Source: Cycas panzhihuaensis (taxonomy: Eukaryota > Plantae > Cycadophyta). From it: a stretch of 64,000 nt of DNA. The notes under the pieces were generated by a model. That model did not search any database. It saw only the letters and a list, made by a program, of their open reading frames with translations, and had not been told where the DNA came from. Numbering within the stretch: the first letter of the stretch is position 1; each line of letters opens with the position of its first letter. Of the stretch, positions 49,801-61,322 are shown piece after piece. The DNA is taken from positions 157,859,741 to 157,923,740 of the forward strand of contig CM041465.1 in NCBI GenBank assembly GCA_023213395.1, read 5' to 3'. The position numbers were made by a program, and so were the translations under genes.

Positions 49801-51795
49801 ATTACTTTCTTCAAACTACTTTGTACATCCTAGATAGTGACCAACAAAGAATCCTTGCGCTCTTCAAACTTACGTTTACAGTTTTTGCTAAAAATCTTGA
49901 TACGAGATATAATAATTGCATTCACCAAAATATATTGATAATGTGTAATTAAATGAGAGAGCAAGTTTGAAATATAAGCTCTATCAAGTCTTTCTGATAT
50001 GCAACCATTCCCCTACTGGTTATTAGACCATGTAAATCTTAGGGGACCCTTCCAAGGAAGCTCACTAAGACCTACAAAATCTTTAAGATTGACAAACATC
50101 ATATTATCCTTTGATAGTGTCTTTTAAACTTTCCACCTAATTTGTCGTTGGGAAATTCTATAAAGTTGAAGTCTCCTAAGAGTAAAATATGATCATGATT
50201 AGCCTGGTGATTATGAACAGTGCTTGCCAACATTTGCCATGAGTCCTATCTGACTCAAACATCAATAGAGGCATAAACTCCAATGATCCAACAAAAAAAT
50301 GATCCTTTTCTATTTTTAAATACAACCAGTCTTCGAAGGGACTTTTGATATACAAAAGCATCTTACACTAGTTATTTCAATAAATACATAGAACTCCAGC
50401 ATAATGGTCTAAGATAATTACTTTCCAATGAGTTAAAGGCTATATACTACGAGTTGTATGCATCATATCATTATCAGATACTATATCAGTTTCTGTCAAA
50501 ACCAAAAAGTGAGGATGATGATGCCAAACTATACGCTTTATCTCCAATTATTTACGAAAGTGAGGGGGACCAATACCCTTGATATTCCAAGCTATTGCAA
50601 AGATACTATTTCTGTCCATTTGGTTGAGAGGAATTGATGCAAGTTAAGGATTTGAGATAGGTATGTTGAGGGGCATTTTCGTTCATGGACACATATTGTT
50701 GAGTTTGATGGAAATTCACCTTGGGGAGGAATTAGCCTTTGAGTTTCTGGTACATACTCTAGCGACTCAACTTCTTCCATAAGCAAGTCGTCTAAATTCT
50801 CTTGAAAATGTCCATAATTAGGCGCGGTAGCTACTTCAGATGTTTGCCCTTAAAAATGTGAATATGCCTTTTACCTTTCTTTGATTGATCTCTAGACTCA
50901 TTAAGATTTGAATGCATAGACTAAGTACTTGAGAGGTGACCTTTGCCTTTATTATGCATCTGATTGGTGACAAGTGTCCATCCACCGTTTTCTCTTTCGT
51001 AAGGAATAACTGTATGCTAATGATGGGTAGTAGTATCCATGTGAGGCTACGATGTTCTTCACTATTAGAGGGGTTGTTTCCAACCAACTTCTCTTTTTCC
51101 TTATTGACCCTATCAATATTTGGCTGGGAGGGTGCCCTTTGGTCTAGGATAACTTAATCTCTCCATGGATCAAAACTAGGTGAGACGTGGAACAAGTGGC
51201 ATAATTTATGAATAGGCCCAATACTATGACATGCCGAGCATCTGAATAGAACTCTCTCATAATCCAGATTAATTTTGATGGACCTATTTGCAACTTTAAT
51301 AAAAAGATGCTCTTTTAGTGGTTTATTCATATCTAACTCAACACAAACTTTAGCCACCCCCTAGTAGTGTGATCCAAAGTGTTCGAGTCTAACTTGATAA
51401 CCTTGCCCATCATAGATCCTATTTTAATTAATCATTCTTGCTTTCTAAATTCATCCAATAAAAAAGGAAACTGAATCCAAACAGGGATTTTCAGAGGCCC
51501 TGGGTTACTTGGGTCGAATATAGGAGACCACTATTAGAGAGCTAAACCCGAATTTCTTATAAACCAAGGACGCCCATAAAAACCTTTTTCTAAATATGTT
51601 GTATTAAAGAAGAAAATATTAAAGAAGCCCTTTTTTTTAGTTCAAAGGTAAGTTGACTCGAGATAATAGGGCCCCAAACCACTTTCACCCATTCTTCCAG
51701 AGACCATGTAGGAGGTTAAAGATTATTAAATTTACCAATGAGGGTTTTAGCCTAAAGCTCCACACATATACTCTCTACGTCCTCAACTGGGAGGG
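46866..51795 (-). mobile_element. L1-clade LINE, 5'-truncated in ORF1, decayed
   Basis: ORF1 DUF4283-like region plus AKVCVELDMNKPL..CSACHSIGPIHKLC knuckle; ORF2 from 50619 (IAWNIKG endonuclease); RT RPISLCNTSYKIIAKVL, KLDINKAYD, HQIFSDD, KYLGIPM; AATAAA and short A-tail at ~46866-46895. Confidence 0.9.
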
Positions 51796-52892
51796 TAATA
51801 GTATTAGTATTAGTATTAGTATCATAGTATTACTTATAGTTTGTTTATGTATTTCCATTCTATAATCATAGAGTGAAAATAAGAGAGATGCTTTGATTAG
51901 AATCCAACATTAATAACAAATGTACCATTATGTTTAAAGTAATAATTTATATATTTATCAATTGTGAAATGCTTGAATTTTTTTTTTTCCATAACCCTTT
52001 AGTGATATATAACCCTTGTATAACATTAAAATGAATGATTTATGTTATTAAAAATAGGTCCACACATTGCCAAATAAACTTATATAATGGAACACTCTAT
52101 AGCCACATCATATACAAAATAATCAATTATTTAATGGTAGTGAATCACTATCTGATGGTGGTGAATCATTAACTTTCTAGATTTTTTATTTTAAGTTTTA
52201 AGATATAATTTATAATTCATTGATGGATTTATCATAAGTTGACAACATCATAAATATTGACATATGTTTTATAAATATTAATATAGATCTAAAGTTAGCA
52301 AGTAACATGCATGATATTTATTGTTGTTCTTTATGTATATATTGTTGGAATATAATGCTTAATTTATGGGATATATGTTTACTGTTTAAGGTGATAACAT
52401 TGTGTTCATGTATTATAAGGGTATTAGTGTTATAGTTGGGGTTAATTACAACTTAAAGTTGTTAGCCTAAGTGTGTGGGGTCTATTGTGCACACACTATT
52501 TTATAATGCCATTATAACTTTGATCATACAAGGTGCCATGTGTCACCTTACATGATCAACTCATTATATTCTTTAAAATGGTTTTATATTGCTATATGTA
52601 CACACTCAATATGAAATACAATATGTAGATATATACTAGTTCTTTGTTATTTATTTTTTGTTTTTCGTATATTGAGTGTGTGCATATTTACATTTTGGTA
52701 TCTGAGTAAGTTTTGAGAGGCAACCATCCTCGAGATGGCACCTCTAAAACCTAGATGTGTGAGTGATTGTATGTACAAGGTTTTAATTGAGAGTTTTGAA
52801 GTCCATGCCCAAATCATCATCCTTTTTTTTTTTTTTCAAAGCCATTTCAAATGCCCTATGTTAGGGTTTCAAAAAAAGGTTTTCTTCCACTA

Positions 52893-53265
52893 ATGGAGAC
52901 TGTTGAAGAGAATGTAGCAAAGAGGGTGTTACAAGAGCATGTTTGAGGTTGAAACTTTGGAAACCCTAGCAATAGCAACCACACTGAGGTTGATATACGT
53001 AATTCAATATATAGGAGTATTGGAAGGAGTAGAATCCTCATTACTAGAGCCAACAACACCTCTCGTGAATCATCAACCCTTGCCTTTTCAGTGCCCAAAG
53101 CCAAAGACGATGACGAAGAAATTATTGATAAGGTATCTAAATTACTCATAGAAGGCACTCTGGATTTAAATAAATCCTATCCAATTCTATGCAGGTTAAC
53201 TCCCAGTCACATCGACAAAGTTCTAGTAAGATCAAATTTCGTCAACTCTACATGCACCTTGTTTA
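52893..53265 (+). pseudogene. N-terminal fragment of a PPR-like gene (PPR-A)
   Basis: METVEEN..EIIDKVSKLLIEGTLDLNKSYPILCRLTPSHIDKVL resembles the pre-repeat region of P-class PPR proteins; two stops; different frame from PPR-B. Confidence 0.5.
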
Positions 53266-53407
53266 CATCATTTAATCCATAAATTAGGGTATATTTCCTC
53301 AACTGTGCAGACACCCTTTTTACATCATTTAATCCATAAATTGGGGTATATTTCCTCAACTGTGCAGCCACCCTTTTTACATCATTTAATCCATAAATTG
53401 GGGTATA
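53237..53407. repeat. 57-bp tandem triplication
   Basis: Units start at 53237, 53294, 53351 (tttcctcaactgtgcagccaccctttttacatcatttaatccataaattggggtata). Confidence 0.93.
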
Positions 53408-54855
53408 GGAACAACGTCAATTCCACCCTCGTTGCCCAAGTGATTATGTGAGGCCTACAACATCACCATGCTCTTACCGTGGCATTCCTCCATTAGGGAG
53501 TGCATTGGATGGGTTTTACTCATAACTCTTCCTCTTGCGAAGCACTAAGGAAATGCCTTCTCCATGCAAAATAGTTTATAGCAATAGACAAACTCCTCAA
53601 GCAAATAAAACTTCGCAAAGTAGAGTTAACATCCTTTGCATTCAATAGTATTAGCTCCACATAGATACCAGGTAATAATCTCAAGATCCATATAAAACAT
53701 TCAGAGAAATGAAGATACTAGGTCACATACTGAATACTGTGTGCAATTATCTACTGGGCAGTCTTGTCTCGAATGGCCGTATTGGTCTAACCAAGGTCCT
53801 ATATTCTGAAATGCGGTCTGATGACATTCCATTGAATGCAGTTAGCTTTGGCATTTTCATTGGACATTTTTGTAGGACGAGGAACCCTAAAATTGCCCTG
53901 GGATTTTCAGATGAAGAGAAGCAAATCCAATATTTTTTGGGATCGATTGTAGCTACATTAATGATTTGCCATGCATCTAAAATTGAAGAAGCTTGGTGGG
54001 TGCTAGAGAGAATGAGGGTAAAAGGCTGTAAACCAGACTTCATTGCATATCAAATGGAAATTAAAGCTCTCTGTAGGGGGGGCAAATTTGACAAGGCCAA
54101 GGAGATTTTGAAATGGAAACGAAAATTGGGTGTAGCTCCTCATGCTGTTGAGCACAAGGAATTTATGTTTGCACTTATTATGACAAGAAAAATCCAAGAG
54201 GCTCGTGAGATTGTAGAATTCATCAGAAGTGCAGGTTTCCCTCATAACGAAGATGTTTTTAATGTATTGATTTGTTCCATTTCTAACATAGACCCATATG
54301 CTACTTTTTTTCACTTTTTAAAGTAATGATAACTGCCAATCATCTGCCTACCAACCTCAGCCTCTGTAATTTAATTCGTTGGCTTTGTAATCATGGTAAG
54401 GTAGATAAGATTTGGCATTTCTTTCTAGACTTGTCCCATATGGGATTTGTCACAGACACACCCACTTACAATGTCATGATTTTTTTTTTTTTACTTTTCA
54501 AAACTGGTAAAATAAAGGAAGCTTACAGAATATTCAAAGAGATGCCACAAAATCAATAGAGTCTTGATGTGACTACCTATAATAAATTGATGAATTCCTC
54601 TTGCGAAGCAGGCATATTGCGTTCGGCTAAAAGGCTTTGGGATGAGATGTTTAGAAAAGGTTACCATCCCAATACTCAAACTTATTATATTCTCATTTTA
54701 AACTTTTCAAAGATTGGAGAGGTTCATGAGGTTGAAAGGTTTTTAAATATATGTTGTAGAAAGATGTAGTTCCTGATACACACATATAAATTTTTAATTG
54801 ATGGGTTGATCAAGGCAAAAGAATTAAACAAGGCTTATGAAATTTGTAATTTCTT
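53263..54855 (+). pseudogene. P-class pentatricopeptide repeat pseudogene (PPR-B), resembling the Arabidopsis At5g14080 group
   Basis: LGYRNNVNSTLVAQVI..HHHALTVAFLH*..GFTHNS; GSIVATLMI; CKPDFIAY; KRKLGVAP; ISNIDP; AKRLWDEMF; several stops and frameshifts; orthology recalled from memory, not searched. Confidence 0.85.
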
Positions 54856-55199
54856 GACTCTAATTTTTTATGAATAGAGTGTTCTTGTCAGTGACTTTGC
54901 GAAAATCTTAGAAGACTTCACATATCCTTTAGAACCAATAATACAACCTGCACATGTGTTGTCTATTCGTCAGTATATGTAGGATTGATAAAGATTAATT
55001 TTTTGTAGAAGTACTGTAGTTATTATTATTATAGTAGCCATGTTTGACAAATTTATAGGAATGAAGATGCATTTTCTATACTATAATTATCTCAGATTAT
55101 ACCAAGCTATAAAGATATTGAGTTTGGAGGTACAAATAATTTGCCCTCCTCATTGCCATTTGTAATGGTGTTTTTCTTTTTCGTGTGGTAGATGGCATG

Positions 55200-55430
55200 A
55201 ATGCCACTTCCTTCACTAGAGATTGTATTGACATTTACAATAAATTGATGTTCTATTTAATGAGTTTACCTTTGCCGACATTCTCTCGGTATATGCCAAT
55301 TTGGCAATTTTAGTCATGTGATTTTCTAGTAGCAGTATTGAGGATGCTTGTAAAGTGTTTGATAAAATGTTCAAACAAACTGTAGTAGCGATGATTACAA
55401 TGACTTTAGGATATGCATAGATGAGGATTG
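55200..55430 (+). pseudogene. PLS-class PPR fragment (PPR-C) with an internal deletion
   Basis: NEFTFADILSVYANLAIL (L-motif start) joined to SIEDACKVFDKMFKQTVVAMITMTLGYA* (S-motif end and P-motif start). Confidence 0.75.
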
Positions 55431-55727
55431 ACTGCTTAAAGGCTAGTTCCTGCACCCACTTTGATTGATTGAGATTCATCTCAGTCAAAAGAATAGAAGT
55501 TGTGTTTATAAGAAATTAAACATTATGGGGGGATGTTGGAATATAATGTTTAATTTATGGGTTATATGTTTAATGTTTAAGGTGATAACATTATGTTAGT
55601 ATATTAGAAATGTATTAGTGTCATAGTTGGGTTAGTTAGAAGTTAAAGTTGTTAGCCTAGGTTTGTGGGGTTTATTGTGCACACACTATTTGTAATGTCA
55701 TTGTAACATTGATCATACAAGGTGCCA

Positions 55728-55895
55728 AAGGTTAGGCATTGGGGTGCACTGGTAGGTATCTACCCTACGATATTGGAAGTCCCAGGGTTGATCCCTACAG
55801 GGGGTTGTAGGGGAGAACTAGATGAAATGTTGACAAACCTCAACAAACAAGGATTCAATTCCATCTACTCAATACATACCATTAAAAAAAAAAAA
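55728..55895 (+). mobile_element. tRNA-derived SINE (168 bp) inserted in the 3' LTR
   Basis: 16-bp TSD atcatacaaggtgcca 55712-55727/55896-55911; A12 tail; A-box-like ggtgcactgg and B-box-like gggttgatccc; absent from the 5' LTR. Confidence 0.88.
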
Positions 55896-57889
55896 ATCAT
55901 ACAAGGTGCCATGTGTTACCTTGTATGATGAACTCGTTATATTCTATAAAATTGTTTTATATTGTTATATGTACACACTCAATATGAAATATAATATATA
56001 GATATATACTAGTTTTTTATTGTTTCTCTTATATTGAGTGTGTGTATATTTACATTTATTAATTGAGAAGTAGTTTTAATTTATCATCTTTAGTGTTGTT
56101 CTATTCATGTTTATTGATTGAGGAAATACTTTTTTTTTACATACCCTTTTAATAATATTATTTTTTTTATAGCGTTAAAATGAATAATTCACATTATTTT
56201 ACATTAGGCATAAACATTGACAAATTAAAATGATAAGAGTTTCCCATAGCCATGAGAACTAGATTCTCTAATGATTGTGAATTACTAAATTTGCAATCTT
56301 ATTATTATGGTTTTAGATATCATTCCTAGTTTGTTAATGTGTTGCCAATTTCTTATTATAGATTTTAAAAAGTCATATATGCTTTGACTTAGATTTAACA
56401 TTAAAGGGTAATATTGTACCATTATATTTATTGTTTCTATTTATGTATTTATCAATTGATAAATATTTGTTCTTTGTAGATAATAATATTATTTATCTTA
56501 TAACCTTATAGTAATATTTAATCATTTCATGGTGTCAAAATGAATGATGCCTTGTATTGAATGTAATTGTAAACATTACAAATTAAAAATTATAGAATAG
56601 AGTCTTATATACCCATATCATATGCAATTTTACCACATTCTTTTATAACAATGAATTTATGATTTTTGCAGGTCTCCTATCTTACTATTTTAGATATCAT
56701 TTATAGTTTACCAAAGCATTTTCATTCTTTGATCGTAGATTTGAAACCATTAAGGGTACATTGACATAGATACCAACATGGAGGAATATACCATCATGTT
56801 AGGTGTATCACTATTTTTGTATTTACTAATTAAGAAACATTTCAAATTTTAAGCATAATAATTATAGATAAACTCTAAGTTAATATAACTCCATACTTAT
56901 ATCAAAGGTATATTAAATCAAGATACAAGTTTATAATGGATAAATTTATAATATAATCAAAATACTATTAAAAATAAATATAAATGTTATTATTTGCTCT
57001 ATGTTATCTTACTTGAGCATGATTCTACTTTGTTTCAATATGATTTAACTCTTAATTCCCCATTAAATAAATAGTATGTTCTTATAAATAATGTTTTAAT
57101 TAAGGTCAATAAAATGAATATTTTAAATGGTATCATCATAACTATGACTTGAGGTATAATGACATATATTTTATTAATGAATTTAAATGTTATCTATTTT
57201 GAAATGATAATGAAAATAGATATAATTTACATTAGATAATACCTCCTTAACAAACATGGCCTCATCCTCCAAAAACAAAATTGCTCTCATACTCCCCTTA
57301 CAAAAAAGAAAAGAGTAAACAAGAAAGAATTAAGAGAATAAAAGAAAGATGGTTTTTTAGTGTTTAGATCTATGAAAAGATTCAATGTGGTGCTTCTAAA
57401 TGCACTACTATAACAAGGATTTTATTCCTTAACATTTAAACCTATCATGGCAATTGCCATGGACTCCTACTAATCTACTAGCTAGAAAACAAATAACTTA
57501 ACCCACTCCCCTTGAGTTAGTTACTTGTCTTTAGCCTTTTACTCAAAGTTATTACTTTTGTTTTTTTTTTTTAAGATTATAATAAAAGAAAAAAGCACAT
57601 GTTAATAAAAATGGGGGAAATGTCTCCAAACATTTACTTAATTTGAATTGATCAAAATATTTTAAAGACTTTAAAAAAAGATAACCGCTAATAAAATGTG
57701 AAAAAATAAAAATAAAAGTAAAAATCGCCACATAAATGCTTTAATCACTCAATCTTGCTTATCTAAATATTCTCTAAGTTGTTTATCTTTAATCTCTTAC
57801 TCAAAATCATTGATCTTTAAAAAAGTGATTGCCATCTCTATTACAAAGTTGAAAGAGTGAAACAGTTTACAAAAGGAAGGATAAAAAGA

Positions 57890-58423
57890 AAGTCGTCAGC
57901 GTGGAATTTAGATTTGGTGAGAGAGATTCATAAAAAAGGAGGTGTCAATAAAATGTTGAAATTGAGAGCCGCCATAACGGTTTTTAATTTTGATGAGACG
58001 ACAAGATGAAGTTTCTGGATCTGGCCACCTGGACCTGACGTGTTCAGATGAATTGGCATTGCTATGACGTGGCTGGTACGGAAAGAGGCAAACGGTAATA
58101 AAATTTGAACTTCGTTCATTGCTGGTCATAGCTCGTACCAATTCATCTCTGATTAATGTATTTTATCTTGTTAAGCAGCTCTTTTCTCTGAACCCGTGCA
58201 CCTCGAACACACGGCCGAGACTATTCCAGGAGTCAGTTGGTCCACAGCAGATTCTATAGTGTATAGGGATTTGTTTTAAAAAAAATACAGGATAAGGCAT
58301 TTCAAGAGAGGTGCGATTTGTAGAATTTGGTTGAGTTAATTGGGCGCTAGAGAGACAGAAGGGTTTAGGATGAAGGGTTTTTAACAGGTAATTGAACAGA
58401 TATGGGGTTAGCAGGAAAGGAAG
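57890..58423 (+). promoter_or_regulatory. CpG-retaining promoter/5' region of CAP-H2 with candidate cell-cycle motifs
   Basis: AACGG MSA cores 57976-57980 and 58091-58095; TGACGTG(G) 58036-58042 and 58065-58072; TTTGAA 58104-58109; CpG abundant compared with flanking TEs. Confidence 0.5.
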
Positions 58424-58595
58424 ATGACAGGCAACGATAAAGAGGAGAGCAGGTTTTCTCACCTTTTACAGTCCAATAGAGATTTAGCCGCTAACTGGTG
58501 CGTCGACGTAGCACGGCAGCTTGACGAGTATTTAGCGGAGCTTTATTCTGCTTCTCTATTGGACGATGGTTACGCTTCTTTAAATTTTGCAGAAG
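58424..58595 (+). CDS. CAPH2: Condensin-2 complex subunit H2 (kleisin-beta), coding exon 1
   Basis: MTGNDKEESRFSHLLQSNRDLAANWCVDVARQLDEYL..SLNFAE is the conserved CAP-H2 N-terminus; GT donor at 58596, phase 1. Confidence 0.93.
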
Positions 58596-58686
58596 GTGAT
58601 TTATTTTTCATTGAACGGCTGCAATAATAATACTAATAGATGTTGCTGTCATTGTTCGTGTTGAATCTAATGTCATTGTTATACAG

Positions 58687-58786
58687 CGGCTCTATTGATT
58701 CAAGGATCAATTCAGATATATAGTAGAAAGGTTGAATATCTGTATTCGCTTGTGCTGCAAGCGTTAGAGTTCATAGCGCAAAAGAG
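58687..58786 (+). CDS. CAPH2: Condensin-2 complex subunit H2, coding exon 2; gene probably continues beyond the window
   Basis: 91-bp GT..AG intron 58596-58686; spliced product [38 protein letters not shown]; donor gtcagt at 58787. Confidence 0.93.
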
Positions 58787-60719
58787 GTCAGTCCCCCGTC
58801 TCTGTTTTCTAAGGTTTTGTGTGATTCATTAGGCATTGAATATCAGAAATTTTAATGAAGAATGCACACTTTAATATTGGCTGAGCACTTTAATATTGTT
58901 GCATACTTTAATTGAAATAAGAATTTATTGTAGTGTGCTTAAGCGTATGGTAAGAGTGGTGCTTCCTTCCTCGTAATGGAGGTGTTACTTTCTTTTTGCT
59001 TTCTTAACTAGCATAAGCCTGTGTTCCATGTAATAGTACCTGGTAATAGGAATCATGGCATCGATTCATCGGCTGGCTAATCTCACAGTAGTATCACTTT
59101 TTCACTCTCTCCCAAGTTTCCAATAAATCCTTTCTGTCTTCATGGTGAGCTTATGATTTCCTTTTAAAGTGAAAGTATCTTAAACAGGGGGTGAAGATGG
59201 AATTTCACCTCACAGGCCAAAACCAGCACCTGAAGGAGGTATGTGATGGGCAGTAGTCACTGTTTTTGAGCATGCTACTCCTTATAGGTTTTGAACCTCT
59301 TATGTGCATCTAGAGAGAATACACACAAACCAGTGCACTATGCCTAAAGTGTCATAGCCCAGACAATATTATTGCAAATAATTCCCAAGTGGTATTTAAA
59401 AAACATGCTAAAATCAGAGGGGTTTGAATAATGATTGACAAAGGAGCATTTTGGAAATTATATGTATCCTCCTTGCTCTGGTTCATTAGCAAATTGGCCC
59501 TTTAAATGTTTTCTTGTTATTTCCTTGCCCATTGCAGAAACAGAAGTTCCTAATGTATCAAGGGGTGAAATCAGAGCAAGGCATCTACCTAGGTCCTTTG
59601 TAAATGATGATTATCTCTTTGAAATTGATTATGAAGCAATTTAGTCTGCCAAACCTGAATGGAATTCTCTTGCTTTGGAAGGTAATACTAAATTGAACTG
59701 GAATATCTTTTATTGTAAGTTGCACAGGCTGCTGTATCATATTCAGAAGTGAAAAATCCTGAGCTATTAGAATCAAATGCATGAATCCTTGAAGTGCAAG
59801 TGGTGTTAGATGTGAGTGTGATTTAGATTACAAACAAAATCCTCCACATTGCTAGAGGTTAGAACATATGACACATTTCAAGCAATGTGCAACATGTTTT
59901 GAGAACCTTGCTGCACCATATGTACGCTGGAAGGCCATGCACTGGCCATCTATCATGTTTAGGTTCTGCAACAGTTTTGGGTATTGGTGGTTATAATTAT
60001 AATACATGAATGTTGGTTATCATTTTCACCCATAAACAAGATGGTCCTTGATGCTTCCTTATCTAATGGAATTTGAATTTGTTGTAGTGAGCAGTTAGGC
60101 ACTCTGTTCAGAATCAAGTCTTGTTGGCCAAGGGCTTTTCCGTACCCCAGGAAAAAGTTTTGGGATTGCCCGGAACTTCCCTCCTTTCAAGCCCATTGCA
60201 TGCAGAACTGATGTTTTATGTCTTACTGATTTTAGTCCTAGCTTCCAAGCACTAATCCCTATGATTCACTGATTTGGTGGTCTGAGGTCTGCTGGGCACA
60301 GGTGGGGCTCACGCAACTTGGCTTCTGAAAATTGTGGTTTGCAGCAGGGGTTAATGTGGCATATTTATCTGCATGATTCGGGCAATAAAAAAGTATAAAA
60401 CTTGGAGCAGAGCTTTTGGCTTCAATGTGTGGGAAATGTCCACAACTGGAAAACTTAGAAACATGGACCCAGATCTGATATTGCTCCAGTTTTGTTATTA
60501 AAAAAAAAAAAAAAAGATCAAAGGCAACATCTGCCCTGAACCAAGGTTTTCTGTGAAATTGTGTGAAACAACCTTAAAGAGTCCATTCTTATTTGCAGTG
60601 TAATCTTTCCAATCAGATTATAAGATGCATTGATTTCTACATAACGAGCATATGAATTTGACTGCAGCAGACAAACATTGAATATAATATCAGGGAACAA
60701 TCTGATTCTATTGAAAGTA

Positions 60720-61322
60720 ACAACGTGGAAACAACAAGATGATGAGACTTCACCAAATAGATCTGCTCTTCTTATAGTTGTAGTCCTTCTAACTCATTGA
60801 AAGTTACAGTGGATAATCTGTTGTTGATGGAGAGATTTGTGATGAAACCATTACAGTCCTTAGAAAGACTATTAATTGTGGCCATTACTAGATTTTCATC
60901 AAATACTGGTTTACAAAGTGTGGCCAATTGATTTTGAATTATCTTAACATCTATCAAATGTGCAATCATGGGTTTTGCAATGGAAAACTAAACAATTTTG
61001 CTTTAAACATTACAATTTTGGCATCGTCTTTCCTTTCATATAATGAAGTAATAATCCCCTAAGCTTCTTTTGAAGACAAATGTTAAAAAGTTAATGTAAT
61101 TTTGTCTTTGGCATTAAATGCTCCAAGTGCAATATAATCAGTTGGAATAGGATTTGTTGGATCTACTAGATTTGGTGTAGTTGTTGGCTTTACAATGGTG
61201 CCATGCACATAACCCCATAGTTCATTCATGATCATGAGGTTTTTTACTTGCTTCTTCCATAATGTAAAATTTTCACCACCGGTAAGTTTTTTTATGTTTG
61301 CATTAAGCATTGAGGCAACCAT
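60720..61322 (-). pseudogene. Copia gag remnant downstream of CAP-H2 exon 2 (probably intronic)
   Basis: KKLTGGENFTLWKKQVKNLMIMNELWGYVHGTI (DUF4219-like); UBN2-like IQNQLATL..DENLVMATINSL. Confidence 0.8.

Larger units (their letters stand above)
52343..56054 (+). mobile_element. Non-autonomous LTR retrotransposon carrying captured PPR gene sequences
   Basis: LTRs 52343-52692 and 55534-56054 (TG..CA, ~11% divergent; 3' LTR holds a SINE); PBS tggtatctgagt 52696-52707; PPT atgggggga 55525-55533; TSD tatat/tttat; no gag, integrase or RT inside. Confidence 0.9.
51830..56900. repeat. Degenerate ~340-380-bp tandem repeat, interrupted by the LTR element at 52343-56054
   Basis: Motif gtaccattat..tttatgtatttatcaattg..ataacc..aaaatgaatga recurs near 51920-52040, 56090-56190, 56415-56550 and 56790-56830, and is split across the 52342/56055 junction. 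Confidence 0.6.

Noticed and set aside
53709-54769. Functional PPR CDS (205-, 77- and 66-aa ORFs)
   Set aside because: These are consecutive pieces of one frame-shifted, stop-containing pseudogene.
52343-56054. A resident PPR gene flanked by two independent solo LTRs
   Set aside because: PBS and PPT are at the correct inner edges, one TSD flanks the pair, and excision restores the flanking repeat motif.
58596-58627. C-terminal GDLFFIERLQ of the 67-aa ORF
   Set aside because: Read-through into intron 1; splicing at 58595/58687 restores the conserved [12 protein letters not shown].
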